Shown in pieces: positions 1 through 10,245 of a stretch of DNA of 64,000 nt. A program made the position numbers and the translations under genes. Positions within the stretch are counted from its first letter, which is position 1. The number at the start of each line of letters is the position of its first letter. The notes beneath the pieces are model-generated. The model had not been told where the DNA came from. It made no database searches and worked only from the letters and a program-made list of their open reading frames with translations. The DNA is from Bacteroides uniformis (lineage in GTDB: Bacteria > Bacillota_I > Bacilli_A > RFN20 > CAG-826): positions 4,282 through 68,281 of the forward strand of contig CAVIBR010000008.1 in the NCBI GenBank assembly GCA_963641445.1, given 5' to 3'.

Positions 1-498
1 ACCGATAATTTCGACAAAATCATTAAGAAATCAATGTTTGTTAGTAGAACAAACTTATACAAAGAAAATCCAAAATATGAAGAAATAGAGTCGGCGATTT
101 TCCATGATAATAAAATTAGCATCGAAGAAATAGCTACATCAGTTGGATTAAGCAAGGATGGCGTTAAATATAACATTCGAAAAATGAAAGATGCCTGTTT
201 GATAAGACGCGTGAAAAACGGCTATGAATTGGTTAACGACACTGATAGGCCATCTGATTATTTATCCCTTGAAAAGGATGTGCTAGTTGGCGCTATTAAT
301 TGGTGCAAGAACAATTTTGTTGTTAATGCTGATTTATTAGAAAGCAATGATTCCTTCGAGCTTAAGAAAAAATTGGAAGAAGAAGCTAGCATTTATCTTA
401 GCAATGGGCAATTTAAAGCGGTGATGTTACTTGCTGGATTTGATGCGGATAACATCGAAAAAATCAACTGGAATTTCAATGTTTCTCTCACTAAATAG
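1..498 (+). CDS. Partial CDS (5' end outside window): C-terminal winged-HTH domain, probably the C-terminus of an AlbA_2/HATPase_c_4-type regulator
   Basis: The frame is open from nt 1. The HTH-like segment IEEIATSVGLSKDGVKYNIRKMKDACLIRRVKNGYELVN resembles the C-terminus of the 62238..63545 protein. Confidence 0.45.
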   Translation, partial: TDNFDKIIKKSMFVSRTNLYKENPKYEEIESAIFHDNKISIEEIATSVGLSKDGVKYNIRKMKDACLIRRVKNGYELVNDTDRPSDYLSLEKDVLVGAINWCKNNFVVNADLLESNDSFELKKKLEEEASIYLSNGQFKAVMLLAGFDADNIEKINWNFNVSLTK

Positions 499-641
499 AT
501 AGAAAAATAAAAAAATGACTACACCGCTCACTACACCGATGACTGCACCGGCTCTAACTTTTGATGCCACGCTTCATCTTTTCAGATGGCTTTGTCTTTT
601 CCTAAATGTTGTTCAAATGTTATTATTTCTAGGCGAAAACT

Positions 642-1229
642 ATGAAGAAACATAAATCTAAAATTGGAACAATAATCAAAGCTACTTTCATCGTTGCTTT
701 GGCCGCATTCACCTTATCTTCATGTTCCTTAAGTTATAGCATCAATCATTATGATATCGATGAATTTAGCAAATGCGCTATCGGATATAGTAAAAGAAAT
801 GCCTTTATAGGGTACGTAACATATAACTTAGATACTAAAGAAATACATCTACCTTCTGAATTTAGGGGAGTTAAGATAGAAGATCTAGGCGGATATTATG
901 GAAAAGGTGTTCCAACTCCATTTTTCTTAGAATATGCTGGTATTGAACATGGCTTTATCACTGGTTTTGATGAGATAAATGAAGAAGATACCATTATTGA
1001 AACGAATATAGACATATATCTACCAAAATATTTAAAAAGCCGTTCTTATATCGATGAATATGTGACAGGTTTTAGGGAAAAGGGAAAAGAACCTGCCACA
1101 ATTTATATAGCTAGATGCAATTACTATATCGATAGCGAAAACGAGTATTTCTATACAAAGAACGGCAAGTTATTCAATAGAAGTGATGATAGTGTTGTAG
1201 ATAACCTGATATATCAGAACGATAACTAA
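642..1229 (+). CDS. Putative lipoprotein (signal peptide with LSSC lipobox)
   Basis: N-terminus MKKHKSKIGTIIKATFIVALAAFTLSSCS. There is no recognisable catalytic motif. Confidence 0.55.
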   Translation: MKKHKSKIGTIIKATFIVALAAFTLSSCSLSYSINHYDIDEFSKCAIGYSKRNAFIGYVTYNLDTKEIHLPSEFRGVKIEDLGGYYGKGVPTPFFLEYAGIEHGFITGFDEINEEDTIIETNIDIYLPKYLKSRSYIDEYVTGFREKGKEPATIYIARCNYYIDSENEYFYTKNGKLFNRSDDSVVDNLIYQNDN

Positions 1230-1356
1230 TACTTTTTTCTATTGCTCAAAACAAACCTTGAAAATGGTAAAATACTAATGGAAATCGAGATGTTTTCTTC
1301 ATTGAAAACAACTAACTGACATTATGAATATTTAGCGAAAGAAAGGGAGAATCAAT

Positions 1357-1947
1357 ATGTTTTCTATCGAAATAATAAAAGGCAATATAGTTGATTGCGA
1401 CACTGAAGCTATTGTAAATGCCGCTAACGAAGGCTTATATGGCGGAAGTGGAGTTTGTGGGGCGATATTTGAAGGCGCAGGATATGCAAAGATGCAGGAT
1501 GCTTGCAGGAAAATAGGCCATTGCAATATAGGTGAAGCAGTAATTACCGAAGGATTCGATCTGAAAGCTAAATACGTTATTCACGCGGTTGGTCCAAAGT
1601 ATCGTGATATAAACAGAGCATATAAGTATACGATTGAAGAAATCGAGGAAATCGGATACGAAAATATAATCGTTAACGAAAAACTCACCAATAAGCAATT
1701 GTATGATGCATATAAGCATTCATTGATGTTAGCTGAAAAGAATAAGATTACCTCTATTGCCTTTCCGACCATATCGGCAGGTGTTTATGGCTATCCAATT
1801 GATTTGGCGGCAAAAATTGAAATAGATGCGATAAACGATTATAGGAGAAACCATCCAAATTCATGCATTAGGAAGGTCGTGATCTGTGCGTTTATGGATA
1901 AAACTTATGATGTACTTATTAGGCTATCTAAGGAGATAAACTTATAA
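1357..1947 (+). CDS. Macro-domain protein (ADP-ribose binding / O-acetyl-ADP-ribose deacetylase-like, MacroD/YmdB family)
   Basis: Motifs IVNAANEGLYGGSGVCGAIFEGAG and HAVGP are present. An RBS (AAAGGGAG) lies upstream. Confidence 0.8.
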   Translation: MFSIEIIKGNIVDCDTEAIVNAANEGLYGGSGVCGAIFEGAGYAKMQDACRKIGHCNIGEAVITEGFDLKAKYVIHAVGPKYRDINRAYKYTIEEIEEIGYENIIVNEKLTNKQLYDAYKHSLMLAEKNKITSIAFPTISAGVYGYPIDLAAKIEIDAINDYRRNHPNSCIRKVVICAFMDKTYDVLIRLSKEINL

Positions 1948-2001
1948 GCATCGTCTAACGATGGCATGGGACTATTTAAATATGATTTGATTGATCAAAA
2001 T

Positions 2002-2592
2002 CTATTTTTCATATTCCCTTTTGATGAGTTTTACTAACAATTTCAGGTTAGTCTTGTTATATAATCCGGCTAGCCTTTCCATTAATTTGAAATCACAGGT
2101 TTCAAATTCATCCTCATCGATTCTCTTATCTAGAAAAAGAAGTTCTTTTAACTCTTTGACATTTTTCACCACTCGCCACTTGCAAAGTGAGTCACATAAC
2201 GCTTTTTCTTTCATTGCAATCTTAACGATATAGTCTCCATTTTCTAGATATGTGAGTCCTTCAGAGAATGCGTTTACAGGTATATCCGTATACTCATATC
2301 GTCCAAAAAAGTTCTCAAATGTCTTGTTTTTCCTATTTCCTAATGTAGCGGAAGTAATAGAAGTAACCCTTTCAGGAATCAATCCATAATAAGACAAAGC
2401 CCAATCAAAACTAAGATATGAAGGAGAAAGGATGACTGATGCTAACAAACATGGGTCAACGTTCTTATCCGTTTCATAGATTCCATTGGTTAATCTAATG
2501 ATCGTTCCCTTATCCGCCTCTCTTTTTATTTTGTCGAGAGGGTTTGAATAGTCATGGAATTTATCCTTTAACATGGATGTAGTAAGTATCAT
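2002..2592 (-). CDS. AbiEi-like / COG5340-like wHTH protein (putative antitoxin or regulator)
   Basis: The N-terminal motif DKGTIIRLTNGIYETD fits the AbiEi wHTH signature (G.i.Rl..GiY). The ATG at 2592 is preceded by AGAGG, whereas the ORF track started at a TTG at 2640. Confidence 0.4.
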   Translation of the reverse strand: MILTTSMLKDKFHDYSNPLDKIKREADKGTIIRLTNGIYETDKNVDPCLLASVILSPSYLSFDWALSYYGLIPERVTSITSATLGNRKNKTFENFFGRYEYTDIPVNAFSEGLTYLENGDYIVKIAMKEKALCDSLCKWRVVKNVKELKELLFLDKRIDEDEFETCDFKLMERLAGLYNKTNLKLLVKLIKREYEK

Positions 2593-2691
2593 ATTTGCAC
2601 CTCTAAATACAATTATATTGGATTTATTGGAGCAAATCAATTATATGAAATGGTGAAATATTTAAAATACAATTGAATTTTGAAGATAGAC

Positions 2692-3738
2692 TCATTTCAG
2701 ATGGTAGAAGGTAGCTCTCCCATTTCCTTCCTTCTTGATGAGGCGTTTTTCACAAAGTATTTTAAGCGATTGCTCGACAGAGCCTCTTCCAATTTCAGGG
2801 CATAGCTCCATGATGTCGTTCTTAGTGAATTTGCCAAGCTTTGATTTCACAGCTTTCTCAACCATCTCTAGTGCTGACATCTTATGCCCGACCATATTGA
2901 CCCTTTCTTCGAAATCTCGATAGGCGGCGAGTATTGTGCCTAATAGATATTTGATGAATGGGGTGTCATCATTCTCTGATTCCATCCATCCATTAGAGCT
3001 TAGCTGCAAGGTATCGTAATAATCGGGCTTCGTGATTTGGATTTTCTTTTCAAGCGAGATGTATTTTCCGATGACGTATCCGCTCCGATAGAGAAGAAGA
3101 GTTGTTAGCAGTCTGGACATTCTGCCATTCCCATCATTAAAGGGATGGATACAAAGGAAGTCATGAATGAAGATTGGGATAACGATCAAAGGATCCACAT
3201 TATATTTGTTGATGGCTTTGTCGTATTCCTCGCAAATGGCTTCAACGGCTTCCGGAGTCTCATATGGCTCTAGAGGCTTGAAGAGAACAACCTTGGTTCC
3301 GTCTGGATATACAGCATCTATCTCATTAGGAATATCCTTGAATCTCCCACCAAATCGGACATCGAGAAATTGGTACATTTCCTTATGAAGCTGAAGGATC
3401 GTGTTTGGCCTGATCGGGATATATTCAAAGCTCTCATGAACCATATTCAATGCGTAGCGATATCCTTGAATCTCCTTTTCACTTCTATTTCTAGGAGTTG
3501 TCTTATCTGTCATCAACTCTTTGAGTCTTTGATTGGTAGTGATGATTCCTTCGATTTCATTAGAAGCCTCGGTACTCTGAATTTTCGATATCTCCACGAG
3601 CTTATCTAAATCTTCTTTCTTTTGTTCAAGGAAGAGCTCTTGTCTTCCTTTGAATTCATGGATGAGACCGATGTAATTGATGATTTCCTTGTCGAATTTC
3701 CTATCGACTAGTTTTGAATAATCAAATTCTTTTCTCAC
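2692..3738 (-). CDS. Fic/DOC family protein (AMPylation-type NMP transferase) with C-terminal wHTH
   Basis: Canonical Fic motif HPFNDGNGRMSRLL. The C-terminus has an HTH-like segment. Confidence 0.85.
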   Translation of the reverse strand: MRKEFDYSKLVDRKFDKEIINYIGLIHEFKGRQELFLEQKKEDLDKLVEISKIQSTEASNEIEGIITTNQRLKELMTDKTTPRNRSEKEIQGYRYALNMVHESFEYIPIRPNTILQLHKEMYQFLDVRFGGRFKDIPNEIDAVYPDGTKVVLFKPLEPYETPEAVEAICEEYDKAINKYNVDPLIVIPIFIHDFLCIHPFNDGNGRMSRLLTTLLLYRSGYVIGKYISLEKKIQITKPDYYDTLQLSSNGWMESENDDTPFIKYLLGTILAAYRDFEERVNMVGHKMSALEMVEKAVKSKLGKFTKNDIMELCPEIGRGSVEQSLKILCEKRLIKKEGNGRATFYHLK

Positions 3739-4146
3739 AAAATATACCTCATTTCTTATTTATCGCCAAAATTATAATGTATTTTTGGTGATAAATGGAA
3801 GATTGAGTTATTTTATATGTATATAACCTTAATCTACTGCACAAAAAATCGATTTTATATGCAAAAAGCAGTTAAGAATATGCGAATAGATCAAAACGAA
3901 ATTCAAGGAATTCTTATAGATGAATAAATTGGATTGCTAGTGGAAGTGGTTTTCATCAAATCACTATAACGAAGATGAATTATTATCTTTGAACTCGATA
4001 TATGACAATTTTCATGTCATTATTGCGAAAAACTCGCAAATAAGCGTTCGTAAGTGTGATGGAGGGATTTTTTCACATACTAATAGATAGTATCTAGAAA
4101 AAGAAAAACACGAAGTTTCCCTTGTGTCAGTCTAAGGAATTCGTAT

Positions 4147-4314
4147 TAAGGAGGAAATCGAAGAGATTTAGATGAAGAATGCCGTATTCATCGTATTTTC
4201 CAGATCCATCATATTTTGTGATTAAGACTTTTTTATATGCATTATCGACTTTCTTTAATGGCCTAAGCTCTTGATTCATCTTATCTTTGGTAACGATGCT
4301 TGCATTTACCGGCT
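4147..4314 (-). pseudogene. Remnant of the C-terminal (DUF4143-like) end of an AAA_14 ATPase paralog
   Basis: A short ORF, ...KVLITKYDGSGKYDEYGILHLNLFDFL, resembles the C-terminus of the 5141..6424 protein (KMILTSHGGARKTEDGIYIVPISVL). Confidence 0.3.
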
Positions 4315-4619
4315 TGATATTGCTCCTAACTATATTTTCATTCGCTAGAAATATTCGAAGAGAATAGCGTTTTCGTTTGCTTTTGACTGGGATTACATTT
4401 CATAAAATTATCTCAAGAACACCGTTTTTTTATTAACGATTCGGAGAAAATGGGTCAGTTTTAGAGTGGAAATATCGGTCAGTTATAATAGAAAATATGG
4501 GTCAATAACTTCCTTTGCTAGTTTAGATTAAAGGCATTTAATAATGGCTTGTTCGACACTAAAATGAGTTCAAAGAAAATGCTAAATGGTTTTAGATACG
4601 ATGGCTTTTATTCGAAGGA

Positions 4620-4931
4620 ATGGTTGAAAGAGACATAGCGTTTTATGATTATGCAATCAATGCTAAGCTTTTCCATTATCAAGACTACAAAGGAAAAGAA
4701 ATTGATGCGGTTATTGAACTTGAAGATGGTTCTTGGTGCGCAATTGAAATCAAACTCGGCATAAATAAAGCGGAAGAATGGGCTAAAAACCTCGTCAAAG
4801 TGCGTGATGATATAGTGAAGAATGGTGGAAGAGCTCCTTTACTTAAATGTGTTATCTACGGTGTTGGAAATAAGGCATATAAGAATGAAGATGGAGTTTA
4901 TATTTTCCCTATAAGTGCTTTGAAAGATTGA
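4620..4931 (+). pseudogene. C-terminal fragment of an AAA_14/DUF4143 ATPase (N-terminal ATPase part missing)
   Basis: AVIELEDGSWCAIEIKLG...GVYIFPISALKD parallels the C-terminus of the full-length neighbour at 5141..6424. Confidence 0.5.
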
Positions 4932-5025
4932 AAAAGATTAACTTTTTGCTTATTTTAGGCGATAAAAAGCAATTTTTCGGATGCAAATGAACGCTTTTTA
5001 CTGATGAGAAATATACCTATTTTTT

Positions 5026-5088
5026 CAAAACACCGAAAATGAAACCTTCAAAACACCGAAAATGAAACCTTCAAAACACCGAAAATGA
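5026..5088. repeat. 23 bp tandem direct repeat (caaaacaccgaaaatgaaacctt), about 2.7 copies, upstream of the ATPase gene
   Basis: Seen directly in the sequence. It sits about 55 bp upstream of the ATG at 5141. Confidence 0.8.
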
Positions 5089-5140
5089 TTGATAAGCACC
5101 TTTTATTATCATAAAATAATGAAGAAGAGATGTATTAACT

Positions 5141-6424
5141 ATGAAGAAATATGTGAGTAGAACTATAGAGCCATATTTTCAAAGAAAATTGAACTCGTCT
5201 GGATGCGTCTTGGTTAGTGGCCCTAAGTTTTGTGGCAAAACGACTATGTGCAAGCATTATGCAAAATCAGTAATTTCTTTGAAAACAAGTAATGCTATTT
5301 TGCTTGCTTCTTCCGATCCTCGTTCAACTTTAATTGGAGAAAGGCCTCATTTGATTGATGAATGGCAGAAAGTTCCTGAAATATGGAATTTAATAAGAGA
5401 CTCTTTGGATGAAGATTATCAATTTGGAAAATATATACTTACAGGAAGTACAACTCCCGTTGATCCATCGAAAATCCAACATTCAGGCGCAGGAAGAATA
5501 TCGTCACTAATATTGAAGCCATTTACTTTGTGGGAATCGAAGGACTCGAGTGGGGAAATATCCTTGAGCGAGCTTTTTAGCAATTTAAAGTTCAAGACAG
5601 TGCATGAAAATGATAATCCAATGACTCTTTCAAAAATTGCTTATCTAGTATGTCGAGGTGGATGGCCTATTTCTCTTGAAGCGGAAGAAGAATACTCTAT
5701 TGATGTTACAACAAATTACTATGATGGATTGTTTAGGATAGAAGACGAGAATGACGAATTCGCCTTATTTTTGAAGAACAAAAATATCGATTTATTAAAA
5801 CTAATACTTAAGTGCTATGCCAGAAATATCTCGACTGAAGCAAAGAAAACTACCATGATAAAGGAGATATTAGATTCAGGAATTCGTTCAAAACTAGATG
5901 AAGACACTTTCGACTCATATGTAAAAATATTAAAAGATTTATATATCGTCTATGATATGCCTGCTTGGAATCTAAATCTTAGGTCCTCGGTTGCAGTAAG
6001 AAGCGCACCAACGCATCATTTTATAGATACCTCGATTGCAACTGCATCTTTAGGCATAACCCCAGATGATTTATTAAACGACATGCGATCATTTGGCTTC
6101 TTTTTTGAGGATATGGCCGTTCGTGATTTATCAGTTTACGCTGAGTCAATTGGCGGAAAACTAAAGCATTATCGAGACAGTATTGGTCAGGAAGTGGATG
6201 CTATTATTGAAACTAAAAATGGCGATTATTGTGCGATTGAAATCAAGATTTATTCTGAAAAAAATATCGAAGATGGAATTGCATCATTAAATAGGTTTGA
6301 AAACAAAGTTGCAAATAGCGGTAATAAGTTGCCAAGATTCAAAATGATTTTGACTAGTCACGGTGGAGCTCGCAAAACGGAAGATGGGATCTATATTGTC
6401 CCTATATCAGTTCTTAAGGATTGA
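5141..6424 (+). CDS. AAA+ ATPase, AAA_14 + DUF4143 family ('ATP-binding protein')
   Basis: Walker A VLVSGPKFCGKTT. The C-terminal DUF4143-like region ends ...YIVPISVLKD. The start has a good RBS. Confidence 0.8.
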   Translation: MKKYVSRTIEPYFQRKLNSSGCVLVSGPKFCGKTTMCKHYAKSVISLKTSNAILLASSDPRSTLIGERPHLIDEWQKVPEIWNLIRDSLDEDYQFGKYILTGSTTPVDPSKIQHSGAGRISSLILKPFTLWESKDSSGEISLSELFSNLKFKTVHENDNPMTLSKIAYLVCRGGWPISLEAEEEYSIDVTTNYYDGLFRIEDENDEFALFLKNKNIDLLKLILKCYARNISTEAKKTTMIKEILDSGIRSKLDEDTFDSYVKILKDLYIVYDMPAWNLNLRSSVAVRSAPTHHFIDTSIATASLGITPDDLLNDMRSFGFFFEDMAVRDLSVYAESIGGKLKHYRDSIGQEVDAIIETKNGDYCAIEIKIYSEKNIEDGIASLNRFENKVANSGNKLPRFKMILTSHGGARKTEDGIYIVPISVLKD

Positions 6425-6611
6425 TTTTGCGTCCTTTAAATTTACAAATATTTAGATGCTTGTTTTTTGAAAATTATGAGGATATTCCATGCGAGAAATA
6501 ACAAATTTTCGAATATGGATTTTTGCTGTATTTCACAAATTTTCGAACATGAAAATGTTATTAAACAAATGATAAATTCATTGAAAATGCCGATAATATC
6601 GAAGAATTCTA

Positions 6612-7262
6612 TTATAGGAGGACAATTCTATCCATCAATTCGTTGCAATAATCATTTACAAGATCTTCAGAATGTTCTTTATTGAATGATAAATATAGAG
6701 ATGAAATGAGTGTATTTTTTGAATACATAGATATATTCCATTTATTTGAATTTTCTTTCTTTTTCTTATACGAAAGATCATCTAAGGTAGGTGAACCAAG
6801 ATTTATCACATTATCTATTTTTAATAACCTGCTATCATCACTAGAGACAGTTTCACGTTTTTCTTCTAAGAAGGAAAAAGAGAATTTGAAATATTGGAAT
6901 GTTGTTTTAGAACCATCATTTCTTTTCGTTGATGCAGGAACAGGAGATCCCTCAAAGAGGAACTCAGAAACCATTCCAGAATAGTTATCAAAATCAAAAC
7001 ATGCAAAAGAAACAGAATTCATTTTCTTGAAATCAGAAACGAAATCTTTGAATTCAGCAAAAGAAGAGGAAGAATAGGAATAAATAGAAGATTCTCCATC
7101 TTGATGATCACTATATGCGGATTCACCGTTACTAGATGAGATATTGCTTTCTCCTGAAACTGAAGAACCTTTGGTTTCTTCCTTACATCCAATAAGTAAA
7201 AAGGCAAAAGAAGAAATGCAAATAAGTCTTTTGAATCTTTTGCTTTTTTCGATGTTTTTCAT
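6612..7262 (-). CDS. Putative lipoprotein (LLIGC lipobox), Ser-rich
   Basis: N-terminus MKNIEKSKRFKRLICISSFAFLLIGC. Confidence 0.55.
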   Translation of the reverse strand: MKNIEKSKRFKRLICISSFAFLLIGCKEETKGSSVSGESNISSSNGESAYSDHQDGESSIYSYSSSSFAEFKDFVSDFKKMNSVSFACFDFDNYSGMVSEFLFEGSPVPASTKRNDGSKTTFQYFKFSFSFLEEKRETVSSDDSRLLKIDNVINLGSPTLDDLSYKKKKENSNKWNISMYSKNTLISSLYLSFNKEHSEDLVNDYCNELMDRIVLL

Positions 7263-7767
7263 GTTTCTATTTTATTATATGAATCACCTAAAAACTATGA
7301 AAAAAAGAGGCTAAATATATTGAAATATTCAAAAATACCCTATATTTCGTGGATATTCGTAGAGTAACAAAAAACATAGAGATATTGGCATTTCATCAAA
7401 CGATTTCTCGTTTAAAAATGCAAAAATTCATTGCAAAACCCCATTATTTCATCTGAATGGTGAATAGTTTATGATTTAATGAGTGTTTTAAAGAGACTTC
7501 AACATATCTCGCTCTAAATCATATGTTTTGCCTGCTGATTAATTTATTTAATTTTTAGCTTCTTTCCATTTTCTATTCCGCTTTTTTGTGGAATTCCACA
7601 CTTTTGCTGAATAGAAATTTAATGGTCGACCCCTTCTAACGGAAGAACACCAAGTAGAAAAATCAATAACCTATTGATGAATTTTAATCGTTAACTCAAA
7701 ATTCCATTCGCCACTAAAAAAATGAATAGAAGAAGATGTAAAATATCTAAAAAGGAAGAAATAACAT

Positions 7768-7920
7768 ATGAAATACGAATACAAGATTATCAGCGAATCT
7801 GATTTAGAAGTCTTAGAATCTACGATTAATGAATTAGGGAGGAATGGCTGGAAGGTAATTTCCATGTTACATGAATATGAAGATGGCTCTTATACTGTAA
7901 CTCTAGAAAGAGCTAAATAA
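7768..7920 (+). CDS. Small DUF4177-like protein (50 aa); not in the ORF track
   Basis: MKYEYKIISESDLEVLESTINELGRNGWKVISMLHEYEDGSYTVTLERAK. The RBS is AAAAGGAAG. Confidence 0.5.
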   Translation: MKYEYKIISESDLEVLESTINELGRNGWKVISMLHEYEDGSYTVTLERAK

Positions 7921-8195
7921 GTTTCAAATAGTAGGAAGGCAATTATATCGCAACTGATTGCTTTGAAAGACACGCATTATCGGGTATGTTGAAAATCAAA
8001 GATAATGATGATAAGACCCTAAAAGATGAATATTATCGTATCAAGGGGCATTATGATGCACGTACGGATATCGCTAAAGATGAGTATTACCGTATCGTTG
8101 GTATGGTGATATTCTTACTTCATTGTTGAAATAAGTTTTTGTTTCATCTTCCAATGAACTATCAGTTGTTTTTTTAATGCGTAAAGGTAATTACG

Positions 8196-8570
8196 ATGCA
8201 GGGCTTAATGATGTTAAGAGAATATCTCGATGAGATTCTTTCTGGAAAGAAGACTTTCGATGCTAGAAACTATCCAACAAGTATCCGTGGAGATATTGCT
8301 TTAGTTGATACAAGGAAATCGGAAATTATTGGTTTGGTTAATTTAGTTGGTATCCATGTTATTAGACCGGAAGAATACCTTACCTGGCATCAAACAGGGA
8401 AATATAAGAATGCGATCTTTCAGCTGAAAGATACGAATTCAACGTATTATGCCTATGATTTCATCAATCCTCGAAGACTAGTGACTCCAATAAAGATAAA
8501 GAAGACGGGGAAGGTTTGGACTTTAATAGACGATAGCCTTCTTTTGGACGTGCAAGGAACATTATTCTGA
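8196..8570 (+). CDS. ASCH (PUA-like) domain protein
   Basis: N-terminal ...LREYLDEILSGKKTFDARNYP resembles the ASCH-domain signature. Confidence 0.6.
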   Translation: MQGLMMLREYLDEILSGKKTFDARNYPTSIRGDIALVDTRKSEIIGLVNLVGIHVIRPEEYLTWHQTGKYKNAIFQLKDTNSTYYAYDFINPRRLVTPIKIKKTGKVWTLIDDSLLLDVQGTLF

Positions 8571-8573
8571 AAT

Positions 8574-8638
8574 AAGGAACACTTAATGCATAAATAAGGA
8601 ACGAATAAGGAACCAACAAGGAACGAATAAGGAACGGA
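8574..8638. repeat. 11 bp tandem repeat (aataaggaacg), about 5 copies
   Basis: Seen directly. It lies between the ASCH gene and the next ATPase paralog. Confidence 0.8.
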
Positions 8639-8846
8639 AATTTAAGAATAAATATAGATATCATCGCATTTTATTCATGATTGTTATAAATTAACATTGC
8701 GTTGCCTAAAAAGAAGAAAACATACCTAATTTTATCGTTTGAGAAAAGAAGAATACGCCAAAGTATCCATCAAAAGTGCGCCAAAGTCTCCATTACTATT
8801 GCCTACTTTGGCGTTTTCTAGTAATATATCTCCAGAGAAACTTATT

Positions 8847-10121
8847 ATGAATGACTACAAAAAGAGAATAGTTGATGAGATATTAAAAGAAAAACTAGAA
8901 AGCAAAGCTGCGATTTTGATCGAAGGGCCTAAGTGGTGTGGCAAAACCACCGCGGCAGAACAAGCTTCAAAAAGCGTTCTATACATGACAAATCCAAGGT
9001 ATCTAAAACAAAACCTGATGCTTGCAGATTCTGATCCGACAATCCTTCTAAGAGGTGAAACGCCAAGACTAATTGATGAATGGCAAGTTGCTCCGAAGTT
9101 ATGGGATGCTGTTAGATTTGAAGCCGATCAAAGAAGAAGCTTTGGACAATTTATATTAACTGGTTCATCTCTTCCGCCAGATACTAGTGAAATTATTCAT
9201 ACTGGAACTGGCAGGTTTACTTGGGTTAAGATGCGACCTATGTCATTATTTGAATCAGGTGAGTCAAATGGCGTTATAAGTTTAGAAAAATTATTTGATG
9301 GCGAGACTGACATATATGGAGAATCTCATCTTTCCTTGGATGATGTTGCTTTTTTGACTTGTCGTGGAGGATGGCCTATTTCAACATATCTAAAAGGGAA
9401 AAGCGCTCTTTCGCAAGCTTATGATTATTTTGATGCAGTCGTTAATTCCGATATATCACGAGTTGATAATGTTGCTAGAGACCCAGAAAAAACCAAAAGA
9501 ATCATGGCTTCATATGCTAGATATCAAGGCGCACAAATAGGTGATGATGCAATAGTTAACGATATAAAGACATATGAAGATGAGCAAATAAGCGTTAAAA
9601 CGGTTCGTTCATATATTGATGCGTTGAAGAAAATTTTCGTTATTGAGGATATGAGGGCGTGGAATCCTAATTTACGTAGCAAAACCGCTATCAGAACATC
9701 GGATACAAGGTATTTCATCGATCCTTCGATAGCGGCAGCATCTTTAGGGTTTGGACCTGGCGATTTGCTTAACGATTTAAGAACGTTTGGCTTTATGTTT
9801 GAAACATTGGCTATTAGGGATCTAAGAATATACGCTGAAGCATTGAATGGTGATGTATATCATTTCAGAGACAAGAACGGCCTTGAATGTGATGCGGTCA
9901 TTCATTTAAGAAATGGCAATTATGGTTTAGTGGAAATCAAACTTGGTGGAGATATTCTTATCGAAGAAGGTGTAAAGAATTTGCTCAAGCTTAGAAATAT
10001 TATTGATACAAATAAGATGAAAGAACCATCTTTCTTGATGGTTCTAACTGCCATGGGAGATATTGCTTACAGAAGAGATGATGGTGTTCTTCTTGTACCT
10101 ATAGGTTGTCTTGGCAAATAA
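8847..10121 (+). CDS. AAA+ ATPase, AAA_14 + DUF4143 family (paralog of 5141..6424)
   Basis: Walker A ILIEGPKWCGKTT, with the same architecture as 5141..6424. Start is placed at MNDYKK by alignment of N-termini with the paralog. The ORF-track start at 8739 is probably over-extended. Confidence 0.75.
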   Translation: MNDYKKRIVDEILKEKLESKAAILIEGPKWCGKTTAAEQASKSVLYMTNPRYLKQNLMLADSDPTILLRGETPRLIDEWQVAPKLWDAVRFEADQRRSFGQFILTGSSLPPDTSEIIHTGTGRFTWVKMRPMSLFESGESNGVISLEKLFDGETDIYGESHLSLDDVAFLTCRGGWPISTYLKGKSALSQAYDYFDAVVNSDISRVDNVARDPEKTKRIMASYARYQGAQIGDDAIVNDIKTYEDEQISVKTVRSYIDALKKIFVIEDMRAWNPNLRSKTAIRTSDTRYFIDPSIAAASLGFGPGDLLNDLRTFGFMFETLAIRDLRIYAEALNGDVYHFRDKNGLECDAVIHLRNGNYGLVEIKLGGDILIEEGVKNLLKLRNIIDTNKMKEPSFLMVLTAMGDIAYRRDDGVLLVPIGCLGK

Positions 10122-10190
10122 GTCTATAAAAAACCCTATCCTTTGCTAATTTGACATGCGGAAACCATTAAAATCTAAAGAAATAATATC

Positions 10191-10245
10191 TTTGCCCTTA
10201 TTTTGCATCAAAAATTAAGGGAAAGCAAAAATGATTAAGGGCAAA
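10191..10245. repeat. Long-loop palindrome: tttgccctta ... taagggcaaa, 10 bp arms with a 35 nt loop
   Basis: The arms are exact reverse complements. It lies downstream of the ATPase gene. Confidence 0.6.

Noticed and set aside
1332-1772. Minus-strand ORFs 1332..1526, 1435..1719 and 1581..1772
   Set aside because: They lie entirely antisense within the well-supported macro-domain gene and have a hydrophobic, low-complexity composition typical of shadow ORFs.
2735-3609. Plus-strand ORFs 2735..2923, 3167..3388 and 3370..3609
   Set aside because: Antisense to the Fic gene. No RBS or motifs.
6467-7207. ORFs 6467..6685, 6682..6984 and 7019..7207
   Set aside because: They overlap or lie antisense to the lipoprotein gene 6612..7262. 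AT-rich, low-complexity translations.
5026-8638. Short tandem repeat arrays as CRISPR arrays
   Set aside because: Units are 11 to 25 bp with 0 to 8 bp between copies and no unique spacers of regular length. No cas genes are present.
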